In this document: piece after piece, positions 29,513 to 39,368 of the stretch
Numbering within the stretch: the first letter of the stretch is position 1
Layout: every line of letters starts with the position of its first letter
NCBI GenBank assembly: GCA_016875875.1
Contig: VGOP01000008.1
Location: 19,834-83,833 of the forward strand
Direction of reading: 5' to 3'
From: Chloroflexota bacterium
GTDB taxonomy: Bacteria; Chloroflexota; Dehalococcoidia; GIF9; UBA5629
Length of the DNA: 64,000 nucleotides
Program-made: the position numbers and the translations under genes
The notes under the pieces: model-generated
Told to the model about the DNA's origin: nothing
Databases searched by the model: none
Seen by the model: the letters and a program-made list of their open reading frames with translations, nothing else

Positions 29513-31176
29513 CAACACAGGAAATCAAAAGCCGGTATTTTCAAGGGGCACGGAGGAAGGAAACCTGGTCAGGAATCCCGGTAAAGACAGTCTATACCCC
29601 GGAGGACATAAAAGATATCGATTATGCTCGCTCCATGGGTAACCCCGGAGAGTACCCCTACAAGAGAGGTATTTATGCCGATATGTACCGGGGTCGGTTG
29701 TGGAGCCAGCGGCAGATAACTGGCTGTCCCACCCCTAAGATGACCAACGAGCGGTTGAGATATTTGCTCAGCACTGGCGAGAGCGCCATCAACATCATCG
29801 GTGACCAGCCGACTCAAATTGGAATCGATTCTGACCATCCCTGGGCTGAGGGTTGTGTTGGCCGGGTTGGGGTGTGCGTTGATACCATGGATGACATGCG
29901 GCAGATACTGGATGGCATTCCCCTGGACCAGGTGAGCACCATGCTGACTCTGGTGACCCCCATTGCTTTGCCCTCCTACATGGTTCTTGCCGAGGAGCAG
30001 GGTATTGCACCTTCTGAGCTTAGAGCCACCAGCCCGATGGTTCCGCCTGTGCTTGGAGCTCCGGTGTGTATGTACGGAGGTAAGGAATGGTGGTTTGATA
30101 TGGCCAAACGGCAGATGAAGGAGTTCATAGACAAGCTGGAGTACATGACTAAGAAATACCCCAAAATCTATGTGGCTAACTACAACGCGTATAATATTCG
30201 GGAGACCGGCGTTGGGGCTGCCGAGGAAGTAGCCTGGATCTTTGCCAATGCCTTCGAAGGGTTGAAGCTGATAACTGAGCGAGGGGTGGACATAGATGTG
30301 GTGGCGCCCAAGGTCAGCATTACCTTCAGCGTCATGATAGACATTCTCGAAGAGGCTGCCAAGTTCAGGGCAGCCAGAGCCATTTGGGCTCGCACCCTGA
30401 AAGAGAAATTCGGGGCTAAAGACCCGCGCTCGCTGAGACTGAAGTATCACGTAAACACGGCAGGGATCATTATGGAGCGGCAGCAGGCGACGATAAACGT
30501 TATCCGCGCTGCTTATGCTGCGCTGGCAGCGGTCCTTGGGGGCACGCAGTCGCTTCAGGTGGCCAGCTATGACGAGCCTATTGCCATCCCGACGGAAGAA
30601 GCGGCTACCCTCGCCGTGAGGACGCAGCAAATCCTGGCTAATGAGACCGGCGTTGCCAGCGTGGCAGACCCGTTGGCCGGCTCCTACTATGTGGAAAGCC
30701 TGACACAGCAGCTAGAAGAAAAAATGCAGAAGATCATCGATACCATTGAGGAGAAAGGCGGTATGTCAGCAGCTATACACAGTGGCTACATAGACCGGGA
30801 GATGGAGGCAGCTTGGTTTAAATATCAGAAGGAAGTGGAGGCTAAGGAGCGCATTGTGGTCGGCGTCAATGAGTTCACCATTCCTGAGGAACAGGATGCT
30901 GACGTGGCGGTTTACCTCGGCAAGGTGGACTTCGACTTGGTGCAACACCATATCGAGAACCTGAAGGAGTTCAAGCGGACGCGCGACCAGGCTAAGGTGA
31001 AAAAAGCCCTGGAAGCTCTGCTCCATGCCACCGAGAACGATGAATCTGATATCTGTGATTATGAGAAGGAGTGCTGCAAGGCTGGCTGTACCACTGGTGA
31101 GGTGAACGGGGTCAAGCGAATGGGCATCGGCCTGCCATACGACCCATTGGGGATTTTGGAATATCCATTCGCCTGA
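29509..31176 (+). CDS. Acyl-CoA mutase large subunit (methylmalonyl-CoA mutase family, divergent specificity)
   Basis: PGEYPY.RGIY, AKFRAAR, GGTQSL, RTQQI and DPLAGSY motifs. Confidence 0.9.
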   Translation: MTTQEIKSRYFQGARRKETWSGIPVKTVYTPEDIKDIDYARSMGNPGEYPYKRGIYADMYRGRLWSQRQITGCPTPKMTNERLRYLLSTGESAINIIGDQPTQIGIDSDHPWAEGCVGRVGVCVDTMDDMRQILDGIPLDQVSTMLTLVTPIALPSYMVLAEEQGIAPSELRATSPMVPPVLGAPVCMYGGKEWWFDMAKRQMKEFIDKLEYMTKKYPKIYVANYNAYNIRETGVGAAEEVAWIFANAFEGLKLITERGVDIDVVAPKVSITFSVMIDILEEAAKFRAARAIWARTLKEKFGAKDPRSLRLKYHVNTAGIIMERQQATINVIRAAYAALAAVLGGTQSLQVASYDEPIAIPTEEAATLAVRTQQILANETGVASVADPLAGSYYVESLTQQLEEKMQKIIDTIEEKGGMSAAIHSGYIDREMEAAWFKYQKEVEAKERIVVGVNEFTIPEEQDADVAVYLGKVDFDLVQHHIENLKEFKRTRDQAKVKKALEALLHATENDESDICDYEKECCKAGCTTGEVNGVKRMGIGLPYDPLGILEYPFA

Positions 31177-31211
31177 GATGCGTAGAGCAGGCTGGACGGG
31201 CCAATGACATG

Positions 31212-31248
31212 AAAGAGGCCTCGTAACTCTGATCTGCGAGGCCTTTTT
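31212..31248. terminator. Intrinsic terminator between convergent genes
   Basis: AAAGAGGCCTCG..CGAGGCCTTTTT. Confidence 0.75.
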
Positions 31249-31278
31249 GTATCTACCGTCTGTCTGTTTTATTTACTA

Positions 31279-31953
31279 CTATGTCCCCTGTACTATCTTC
31301 GGTATCTCTTGCGCTTCAATGAACTGACGCAGCCGCTCGCGTGAGCCCGTGCTGTAAGCGTTGGCCCAGGCGTTATATATCTCATCCAGCGGGACATTCT
31401 CGTAGAAGCCATGGTCTTGCAGATAGTCGATGTGCGGATTTCCGTCTAAATCGCGAGGTGGCAACATGGCATCGTGCTCGCCATCGAATTCCACGGGGAA
31501 GAGGCGGTGTTCCTGACACACCTTAACCTCGAAGGTGGGGGTAACTTTGACCCACTTCTCGTCAATGTATAGCTCATCAAAACCATGGTAGGGGAACAGA
31601 TTTGTGCCGAGTGTCTCCTTTACATTATCGGGAGCGCGATAATTTCGAATGTCAACAAAGTGTACGCGGGCAGGTATGCCCACAGCGCGGGCTAGGGTAG
31701 CCAGCAGAACCGCCTTTTGTATGCACATCCCCCCACCAGCCTTCAGAATGCTGCTTGCCCGGTAAGATTCAAGGACATCGAGTGGCAGATAAGGGAAAAA
31801 TTTGATCTCATCCCTGCCAAAATAGAAAAGGCTTTTGGCTTTGTCGGCAACTTTTTCCTGTCCTTTGGTGACGCTTTCGGCCTTTTCTTTTATCGCTTCG
31901 TTTTCGCAGTCAAATGTAGGCGTAGCTTTCAGCCACTTTTCCATTTCGTTCAT
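31279..31953 (-). CDS. Transglutaminase-like protein, paralog 2
   Basis: G.C..KA, GIPAR, YHG, W.K.TP motifs. Confidence 0.85.
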   Translation of the reverse strand: MNEMEKWLKATPTFDCENEAIKEKAESVTKGQEKVADKAKSLFYFGRDEIKFFPYLPLDVLESYRASSILKAGGGMCIQKAVLLATLARAVGIPARVHFVDIRNYRAPDNVKETLGTNLFPYHGFDELYIDEKWVKVTPTFEVKVCQEHRLFPVEFDGEHDAMLPPRDLDGNPHIDYLQDHGFYENVPLDEIYNAWANAYSTGSRERLRQFIEAQEIPKIVQGT

Positions 31954-31968
31954 TTTATATCTTTCCTT

Positions 31969-32631
31969 TTACCTCTCCTGCGCCTTTTCTAACTCCTTCA
32001 AGCGGTTCAGCCGCTCCCGGGCAGCCATCCCGTAGTGTTTCAACCAGGCAGCGAGTATTTCGTCTACAGGTACATCCACGCGATGTCCGTGGTCTGCGAC
32101 GTATTCGATATGCAACTTCCCATCCATATTGTGCGACGGGAATATGGCATCATTTTTGCCATCGAATTCCACCGGTATGATTCTGTTCTCCTGGCACATT
32201 TTCAGGTCGAAAGCCGGTGTAGCCTTAACCCATTTCCCTCCGATGTGTAGCTCTGTCCAACCGTGATAGGTAAATAAGTTTGTCCCCATAACCTCGCGTA
32301 CTTTTCCGGAAACGAGGTGGTTTCGAATATCGGCAAGGTGTAGACGGGCAGGTATGCCCACAGTACGGGCAAAGGCAGCCAGCACAGCCGCTTTTTCCAC
32401 ACAAAAACCCTCTCCTCTCTTCAGTGTCTTGCTTGCTTTGTAGTCTTCAAAAATCTCCACTGGCACCAGTGGGCTGTATTTAATATTATCTCTCACCCAG
32501 TAGAAAAGGCTTTTGGCTTTGTCCTCGACTGTTTCTTTACCTTTGGTCAAATCTGAAGCCTTCTTTTTTATGGTCTCGTTATCGCTGTCAATTGTGGGTG
32601 AAGGCCTGAGATATTTTTCCATTTCGCTCAT
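31969..32631 (-). CDS. Transglutaminase-like protein, paralog 1
   Basis: GFCVEKA, GIPAR, YHG, WVKATP motifs. Confidence 0.85.
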   Translation of the reverse strand: MSEMEKYLRPSPTIDSDNETIKKKASDLTKGKETVEDKAKSLFYWVRDNIKYSPLVPVEIFEDYKASKTLKRGEGFCVEKAAVLAAFARTVGIPARLHLADIRNHLVSGKVREVMGTNLFTYHGWTELHIGGKWVKATPAFDLKMCQENRIIPVEFDGKNDAIFPSHNMDGKLHIEYVADHGHRVDVPVDEILAAWLKHYGMAARERLNRLKELEKAQER

Positions 32632-33506
32632 GGCTGTGTCTCCAGCACCTTTTTCATGGTCAGCCCGATTTCCGCAGGGCTGGGGGCTATAGTAGCTCCA
32701 GCAGTGGCCAGGGCTGCTATCTTATCCTGGGCTCTGCCTGAACTGCCACTGATGATAGCCCCGGCATGCCCCATTCTCCTGCCGGGTGGAGCTGTAGCTC
32801 CAGCCACGAAGGCAACCACCGGCTTGGTCATCCTTTCCTTAATGAATTTGGCAGCCTCCTGCTCTGCGGTACCACCGATCTCACCTATAAGCACCACCGC
32901 CTTGGTATCCTTGTCTTTCTCGAACAGCTCAAGTATGTCGACGAAGGTACTGCCGGGGAGGGGGTCACCACCGATGCCGACGCAGGTGGATTGACCGATG
33001 CCCAGGCTGGTTAGCTGAGCAACCGTTTCATAGGTAAGCGTGCCGCTGCGAGAGACGACACCGACATTGCCCGGAAGATGAATCTCACCAGCCATTATGC
33101 CTACCTTACACTTGCCCGGTGAGATTAAGCCGGGGCAATTTGGGCCGACAAGCCTAGTTTGTTTTCCTTTGAGATAGTTGTGTACCACAACCATATCTGA
33201 AACCGGAATGCCTTCGGTGATGCACACGACCAGCGGAATACCAGCATCGGCAGCCTCCAGAATGGCATCAGCGGCAAAGGCAGCCGGCACAAAAATCATG
33301 CTGGCATTGGCTCCAGTTTTCTCTGTCGCTGCCTCTACAGTGTTGAAGACAGGTACACCTAATATTTCGCTGCCGCCCTTTCCCGGCGTCATACCGGCGA
33401 CAACTTTGGTGCCATACTCGATACACCGCTGGGTATGAAAGCTGCCCTCGCCGCCGGTTATCCCTTGAACGAGCAATCGAGTCTTCACGTCAATCAGGAT
33501 GCCCAA
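32628..33506 (-). CDS. sucD: Succinyl-CoA synthetase alpha subunit
   Basis: [26 protein letters not shown] motifs. Confidence 0.95.
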   Translation of the reverse strand: MGILIDVKTRLLVQGITGGEGSFHTQRCIEYGTKVVAGMTPGKGGSEILGVPVFNTVEAATEKTGANASMIFVPAAFAADAILEAADAGIPLVVCITEGIPVSDMVVVHNYLKGKQTRLVGPNCPGLISPGKCKVGIMAGEIHLPGNVGVVSRSGTLTYETVAQLTSLGIGQSTCVGIGGDPLPGSTFVDILELFEKDKDTKAVVLIGEIGGTAEQEAAKFIKERMTKPVVAFVAGATAPPGRRMGHAGAIISGSSGRAQDKIAALATAGATIAPSPAEIGLTMKKVLETQP

Positions 33507-34675
33507 CTCTTACCTCCTTTAGCCACTTCTACTGCCTTGCGGGCAGCATCATAGAAATCAATTGCCTCAATAAATTTAATCCCAGATTTAGCCAGGATGC
33601 GTTTCCCTTCATCGACATTTGTCCCGGCCAGCCTGACGACAAGAGGAAGCCGGACATCCATCTGCTTATGGGCTTCAACTATGCCCTGGGCAATGATATC
33701 AACCCTGGCCATACCGCCAAATATGTTGACTAGAATCGCCTTCACGTTGGGGTCTGTAATAAAAATCTTAAAAGCGTTGGCAACACGGTTAACGTCATTA
33801 ACGGTGCCGATATCTAAAAAATTAGCTGGTCTGCCGCCGGCCTGATTGATAAGATCCATGACCGCCATGGCTAGACCAGCTCCGTTGACCATGCAGCCAA
33901 TATTGCCATCCATTTTGATGTAATTCTTGACACCCAGTTCGTTAGCCTTGACTTCAAGCGGGTCTTCCTGTTCCAAATCGTGAAGTTGCTCCATGTCTTT
34001 GTGGCGGAAGAGAGCACTGTCATCAAAGTTCAGCTTGGCATCGAGGGCCAGGAGTTCGCCGTCAGTAGTAACGACCAGAGGATTGATTTCGGCTAAGGAG
34101 CAGTCCTTGGCTTGAAAGAGTTGGTACAGGTTTGTCATCAGGCTGGTGGCTGGTCTCACTTGGGCTGGGCTTAAGCTCATCCCGTAGGCCAGCTTGCGTC
34201 CTTGGAAGGCTTGAAATCCAGCCGACGGGTCGATATAAACTTTGATGATCTTCTGTGGGCTAACTCGAGCTACCTCCTCGATATCCATACCGCCGGCTTC
34301 ACTTGCCATCATTACTGGCATCCTGCTGGCATTGTCAACGATTATGCTGAGATAAAGCTCCCGCTGGACGCTAACCGCTTTCTCTACGAGGACTTTGCTC
34401 ACTGGTACCCCTTCTGGGGTTGTCTGATGTGTTACCAGCCTGGTGCCAAGCATCTGCCCTGCCAGCTTTGCTGTTTCCTCTGGGTTATCGGCCACCTTTA
34501 TGCCTCCGGCTTTACCTCTGCCGCCGGCATAGACCTGGGCTTTAATTGCCGCTTTGCTTCCAAGCTCAGCAGCTATCTTTTTAGCTTCAGCCGATGTATT
34601 GGCTACTCCGCCTTTGGGGACTGGGATGCCGAATTCAGACAGCAGCGCCTTAGCCTGGTATTCGTGTATTTTCAT
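33494..34675 (-). CDS. sucC: Succinyl-CoA synthetase beta subunit
   Basis: [31 protein letters not shown] motifs. Confidence 0.95.
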   Translation of the reverse strand: MKIHEYQAKALLSEFGIPVPKGGVANTSAEAKKIAAELGSKAAIKAQVYAGGRGKAGGIKVADNPEETAKLAGQMLGTRLVTHQTTPEGVPVSKVLVEKAVSVQRELYLSIIVDNASRMPVMMASEAGGMDIEEVARVSPQKIIKVYIDPSAGFQAFQGRKLAYGMSLSPAQVRPATSLMTNLYQLFQAKDCSLAEINPLVVTTDGELLALDAKLNFDDSALFRHKDMEQLHDLEQEDPLEVKANELGVKNYIKMDGNIGCMVNGAGLAMAVMDLINQAGGRPANFLDIGTVNDVNRVANAFKIFITDPNVKAILVNIFGGMARVDIIAQGIVEAHKQMDVRLPLVVRLAGTNVDEGKRILAKSGIKFIEAIDFYDAARKAVEVAKGGKSWAS

Positions 34676-34726
34676 CCAGCTCTCTCCTCTTATATGATTA
34701 AGTGATTAATATAGATAACAGCGATC

Positions 34727-34814
34727 TGGCGGAGGGGGTGGGATTCGAACCCACGTTCGCTTTCGCGAAAACGGTTTTCAAGACCGTCGCCATAGTCCAC
34801 TCGGCCACCCCTCC
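34727..34814 (-). tRNA. tRNA-Ser (anticodon TGA)
   Basis: GGAGGGG acceptor stem, ACGGT-CTTGAAA-ACCGT anticodon arm, long variable arm, GGTTCGAATCC, encoded CCA. Confidence 0.95.
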
Positions 34815-34916
34815 AAAACCATCCTAGTATAGGAAATCGAATTGTGTTTAGCAACCATGATTTATTGTCATTCCTGAGAGAGCTGCTACTTTAGTTAAAG
34901 AGGCTGTCCTAAAATG

Positions 34917-34968
34917 GAGCCCTGACCCTTTAGGGTCGGGCGCCCAAGGCTAAAGCCTCGGGGGCTAC
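34917..34968. repeat. REP-like palindrome doublet
   Basis: GCCCTGACCCT-TT-AGGGTCGGGC and AGGCTAAAGCCT..GCTAC, resembling 14205-14270. Confidence 0.65.
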
Positions 34969-35022
34969 ATGTTTTGATTTAACCACCTGGTCTGTTTTGC
35001 TCGTTGCGCGATGAGGGGGTGA

Positions 35023-36903
35023 CTAGAGGGACCTGAGTATCTTTTCTATTTCATCTGGGCTAGAGAAACGCCCCTTTTTGATTTCCTTGATGATGCCATT
35101 GGTATCGATAAAGAAAGTTGTGGGATAAGTATCCACCCTATAAAGTTTTCTAACCTGCCCTTCTGAATCGAACAGTGCGGGAAAAGCATATGCTTTTTGC
35201 GTGATATATTGCTTGACGCTGATAAGGTCCTGATTATCCCTAACAGCGATGGCAAGTATTACTAGTTCTTTACCCGACCAGTCGCCAGAAATTATCTGGA
35301 AGAAAGGCATTTCCTCCTTGCATGGGTCACACCAAGTTGCCCAGAAATTGACCATCACTATCTTGCCTTGCAAGGCGCTTAAAGTTATATCTTTTCCATT
35401 GAGGTCTTTCAGGGTGAAATTTGGAGCGCGGTTACCGACTTGATTACCAACCTGGACTGGGGCAAGAGTCTTGAATGTTAGGTTGGTTGTGGATGTGGCT
35501 TCATTCCCACTGGCATCTTTTGATATTCCTCTGAAGTTATAGGTTGTGTTGGGGTCCAGTTGAGTCAGAGTAACACTGTGGCTGGTGGTAAGCTTTGAAT
35601 CTAATGGTGTGGTTAAGCCGTATGTTTCCGTTTTTCCATATTTGACCTGACTGGTGGCAGGTTCATTTGTTGCCCACGTGACAATGGCACTTGTTTCAGT
35701 GATTCTTGAGATATTGAATCCAGAAATCGTTGGCACGGTTTTATCGGCTATGGCTAAAGTTGTCAATTCTCCTTCCGATGTGGTTTCCTTTCCGTCGGCG
35801 TCTGTAGATATCACAGTGTAGCTATAGGTTGTATTGGGTTGAAGGCCACTCAGGGTTACGCCGTGGCTGGTGTCTAAATTTTCTTGAGGTTTTATTTCGG
35901 TGCTGACACCACTAGGATCGCGCAATATAACCCGACTAGTAGCAGGTTTGTCGGTTCGCCAGGTAATGGTAGCACCTGTTTCGGCTGTTGATGAAATCGG
36001 CGCACTTTGGATGTTAGGACGTGTGGTATCTGCGGTGTTAGCAGGTGGCGATGGCGTCCATGTCTGGGTGACAAAGTAGTAGATGCCGCTACCGATAAAA
36101 AAGCATATGAGTAGAATAAACATGGTAGTAACTACTTTCATTAGCCCCTGCCGCCCAGAGTCTGAAATACCCCGTCCTAGAGGCATAGGAGGCATTGTTT
36201 GATATGGATATGGCCTTGCAGGCATCGGTAGGCTAGCTGATGTCGGTGTTGCACTGGCGGCTACAGGTGCAAAACGTGGCAGTGGCAGTGGCAGCGGCAT
36301 GCCACTACGTGGCATAGCACCGGACGAGCTGTAATTTGAGCGTTGTCTGAAGCCAGATAGGGGAGGAGTATTTGGGGGGTTACTATGTTGAGACCTCGTG
36401 CCATAAGCTATTGGCGGTTGCTGACCTATAGAACTTTGTGGTCTCGGTGCAAGTGGGCGGCGTGCCGGTGGTGCGGTATGTGCTGGTGGCTGCTGCATCA
36501 CCCGATGCTTAATTCCATAAAGCAAGCCACAGCCTATACAACGTCCTGATTCAGGGTCCATGCTCCCCCCGCACTTTGGGCAATTGTGCTGATGTCTTGT
36601 GACGGTAACTCTAGGTGGTTGCTGGCGCATGGCAGTCTGTGCAGTTCGCTGTGGTGGTGCACTCGAGGCTCTGGGAACTGCAGTAGCTTTTGGCCTTGCT
36701 GCTACGGCGGGTGAAACTGGTTGATTGGTTGAACTATGTTGCTCTGAGGCGCAGAGGAAGCCACACGTTGGGCAATACCTTGACCTTTGAGGAAGAGGCG
36801 CGTGGCAACGCAGACACAGCATTGTGCCGCAGTTCTTGCAGAATTGCTGGCCTGGGGGCATTTGCGAGTGGCAAATAGAACAAAGGGTTATTCTGGGCTG
36901 CAC
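35023..36903 (-). CDS. Membrane protein: zinc ribbons, Pro-rich linker, TM, two FN3-like domains, TlpA-like thioredoxin
   Basis: Six CxxC pairs, hydrophobic helix, W.T..PATS.V repeats, NFWATWCDPC. Confidence 0.85.
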   Translation of the reverse strand: MQPRITLCSICHSQMPPGQQFCKNCGTMLCLRCHAPLPQRSRYCPTCGFLCASEQHSSTNQPVSPAVAARPKATAVPRASSAPPQRTAQTAMRQQPPRVTVTRHQHNCPKCGGSMDPESGRCIGCGLLYGIKHRVMQQPPAHTAPPARRPLAPRPQSSIGQQPPIAYGTRSQHSNPPNTPPLSGFRQRSNYSSSGAMPRSGMPLPLPLPRFAPVAASATPTSASLPMPARPYPYQTMPPMPLGRGISDSGRQGLMKVVTTMFILLICFFIGSGIYYFVTQTWTPSPPANTADTTRPNIQSAPISSTAETGATITWRTDKPATSRVILRDPSGVSTEIKPQENLDTSHGVTLSGLQPNTTYSYTVISTDADGKETTSEGELTTLAIADKTVPTISGFNISRITETSAIVTWATNEPATSQVKYGKTETYGLTTPLDSKLTTSHSVTLTQLDPNTTYNFRGISKDASGNEATSTTNLTFKTLAPVQVGNQVGNRAPNFTLKDLNGKDITLSALQGKIVMVNFWATWCDPCKEEMPFFQIISGDWSGKELVILAIAVRDNQDLISVKQYITQKAYAFPALFDSEGQVRKLYRVDTYPTTFFIDTNGIIKEIKKGRFSSPDEIEKILRSL

Positions 36904-37184
36904 GCTATCACCGTTCTCCGATCAGTTCGGTACCACTATTGTTTCTTTTTATATTCTCTTCAGTGCTGCAGAGCATTCTGAATACCTTTTCTATATTATA
37001 CACCTAGCCAAAGCATAAAGTGGAGTGCCATTTATAGTCCTATAGGAGAACTATTCGAGATGACAAGGTTAGCGTTTTTAGCCATATTTGGCAAGAAATA
37101 ATGGACTTACCATGATGTTTTTGCATACCTAAGGCTGAATTACAAATAGTATTTATCATAGTGAAGGAGTTGAGGGGCAGAATG

Positions 37185-38831
37185 TTAGTCGAGACTGCGC
37201 AGTATTCCTGTTATCTCTTCTGTGTTTTCGAACCGTCCAGTCTTGATTTTCCTGATAATTCCGTCCGAGTCAATGAACACGGTCTTCGGTGTATAATCAA
37301 CGTGATAGCTACTGTTGGCCGGGTTTACTTCCGTGTCAAGTAAGATGGGAAATGTGAACTCCCCTATCTTATCAATATATTTGTCTTCAAGTTTTGCAAT
37401 GCGGTCGGCTCTTCCATCAATACATACAGTAATTATAACAAACTCCGGGCTCAAATTCTCATTTGCCCATTTCTCGTCTTCGTAGACCTCCCGGATAAGA
37501 GGAAATTCTGCGAGACAAGCTCCACAAAAGGTATTCCAGAAGTTAAGCAATATCTTTTTGCCCCTGAACTGGCTTAATTTTACCGTCTCGCCATTGTTAG
37601 GCGATTTTGAGTCATCATCTTGGTACTCCTGCAATTCAAAGTCAGAAGCTCGTCTCCCCACCCTGTCACCGGCTGGTATTTCAGAGAGAGTTTGCAGCAT
37701 GTCGGCGCCGGAGGCTACGTTTCCGCATTTATCTGCTGACTTCACCATGAAGTAATAAGTTGTAGACGGCTCTAGGCCAATTAGATGAACCTTGTGGCTG
37801 ATAGCTGGTTCTCCTGTAGATTCTGCAGTTTGGCCATAATCTCTTGTTTTCCCATACTCAACCTGACTTGTGGCAGTCTCCTCAGTTTCCCAGGCTATGG
37901 TGGCACTTACATCGGAGTAACTAACAACCTTGACTTCTAATATGGTTGGTGGTGTTGTATCTTTAAGCCGGAAATGTGCGGTGACGCTTTTATTCGAGTC
38001 CATGATAATGACGGCAGTCTCCGACGAGCCTGAAGCACCGTCCCAATAGCTGAATGTGTAGCAGTCGTCAGGGATAGCCATCAGTGTAATTTTGCTACCA
38101 GGCTCAAATGTGCCACTGCTAGATAAGGGAGATACTATCTTAATCTCACCGCCTGCTTCGGGAATCACATTTGTGCCCAGGGTATAGGTTTTAGATGAAG
38201 TTAGAGATAGATGGAGTGATTGAGTGCCAGGTTCAGCACTTTGGCTAAAGAATCGTGTGATGTGGATACCTCCCAAGACGAGACCACTAAGTACAATGCC
38301 AACTAGCAGACTTGCTAGAACTGGTCTTACAAAATGCCCCAGTTGGGGAAATTTCCACTCTCTTCGCTTGGCCTTTGCTATTTCTTTTAGAAGCGGACTT
38401 CGTGTTGGCGAAATGCCCTCCATCTTGGGTTGAAAGGATGGTGCTGCTGGTACAACAGGCCTCGCTGCTGTTGTTACGGCGCCTGTGGGCGCAGCACTTG
38501 TTGATCGATATTTAGCCCCAAGAAAGCCACAGCTTGGACAATCTTTATGAACAGCGTCGACGCTAGTACCACAATTAGGGCAGGTGTACTGGAGCTTGCC
38601 TTGAGGAGATTTATCTACCTTCTTAGCTGCAGAAGTTTGTTGCCGAGCTTTCTGTGCCTGTTGCCACAGCTGGTAATTAGGGTCCTCCCAACCACAGTAA
38701 GGGCAGATTTTGCCGTCAAAAATGTGAGCTTTAGGGCATAATCTTGCATTACAATTTGGGCATGAAAGCTCACCGAGGTTATCCTTCTTTACTCGAACGC
38801 GGCATTTAGGACACAGTATTATTCCCTGCAC
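37185..38831 (-). CDS. Paralogous membrane protein: zinc ribbons, TM, B-repeat-like, FN3-like, thioredoxin
   Basis: CxxC ribbons, TM, YTFSYW, ATIAWET, NFWNTFCGAC. Confidence 0.85.
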   Translation of the reverse strand: MQGIILCPKCRVRVKKDNLGELSCPNCNARLCPKAHIFDGKICPYCGWEDPNYQLWQQAQKARQQTSAAKKVDKSPQGKLQYTCPNCGTSVDAVHKDCPSCGFLGAKYRSTSAAPTGAVTTAARPVVPAAPSFQPKMEGISPTRSPLLKEIAKAKRREWKFPQLGHFVRPVLASLLVGIVLSGLVLGGIHITRFFSQSAEPGTQSLHLSLTSSKTYTLGTNVIPEAGGEIKIVSPLSSSGTFEPGSKITLMAIPDDCYTFSYWDGASGSSETAVIIMDSNKSVTAHFRLKDTTPPTILEVKVVSYSDVSATIAWETEETATSQVEYGKTRDYGQTAESTGEPAISHKVHLIGLEPSTTYYFMVKSADKCGNVASGADMLQTLSEIPAGDRVGRRASDFELQEYQDDDSKSPNNGETVKLSQFRGKKILLNFWNTFCGACLAEFPLIREVYEDEKWANENLSPEFVIITVCIDGRADRIAKLEDKYIDKIGEFTFPILLDTEVNPANSSYHVDYTPKTVFIDSDGIIRKIKTGRFENTEEITGILRSLD

Positions 38832-39012
38832 GTTGTCCTCGTTGCGCGTTTATTCATTGTCTACACTGATTACTTGATTTAGTGTTTTTGAGCGCTGCAA
38901 ATAATACGCCTTCTTTAAATTATACACATAGAGAAGCTAAAATGAAATTATCTAAGGCTAGGAAGTCTGTCTGCTAAGCTGGTATCGAGAGTGGAAAGTT
39001 GTTTGGGGATTG

Positions 39013-39366
39013 TTATTCTGGTCTCGATTCGCTGATGACGCTGGCCCGCATAGGTCCAACATACCCACAACTGCGGTGATTTGGACAGCGTCCGTATGAT
39101 TTGCTGGCCCTAGCATTGCAGCGGGGGCATATATATCGCGGCATTGTGCCTGAGGTTTTCGATTGCTTCTGCTTTGTAGTATCTTGCTGTACTGTTGGCG
39201 GGTCAACTACTACTGGTTTACCTGCAGCATTTGTCCCTTGAAGATAAATATCTTTGTGTTCCATAGGACCGATAAATCCACACTTCGGACATTTTCCAAA
39301 CTGGACGTGAATTTTAGTTGCGCATCGGGGGCAAGCGTAGCGGGGCTTGGAATCGTGTTGCATCAA
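39013..39366 (-). CDS. Small protein with two zinc ribbons
   Basis: Two PRY.CPRC..GxCP..CG..GPM repeats; overlaps the serS stop region. Confidence 0.75.
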   Translation of the reverse strand: MMQHDSKPRYACPRCATKIHVQFGKCPKCGFIGPMEHKDIYLQGTNAAGKPVVVDPPTVQQDTTKQKQSKTSGTMPRYICPRCNARASKSYGRCPNHRSCGYVGPMRASVISESRPE

Positions 39367-39368
39367 TG

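Noticed and set aside
29569..30630. 353-aa antisense ORF
   Set aside because: Shadow of the mutase gene with no recognisable motifs.
34727..34814. tRNA-Sec, or an integration site at tRNA-Ser
   Set aside because: The anticodon is TGA (Ser), not TCA, and I saw no duplicate of its 3' end in the window.
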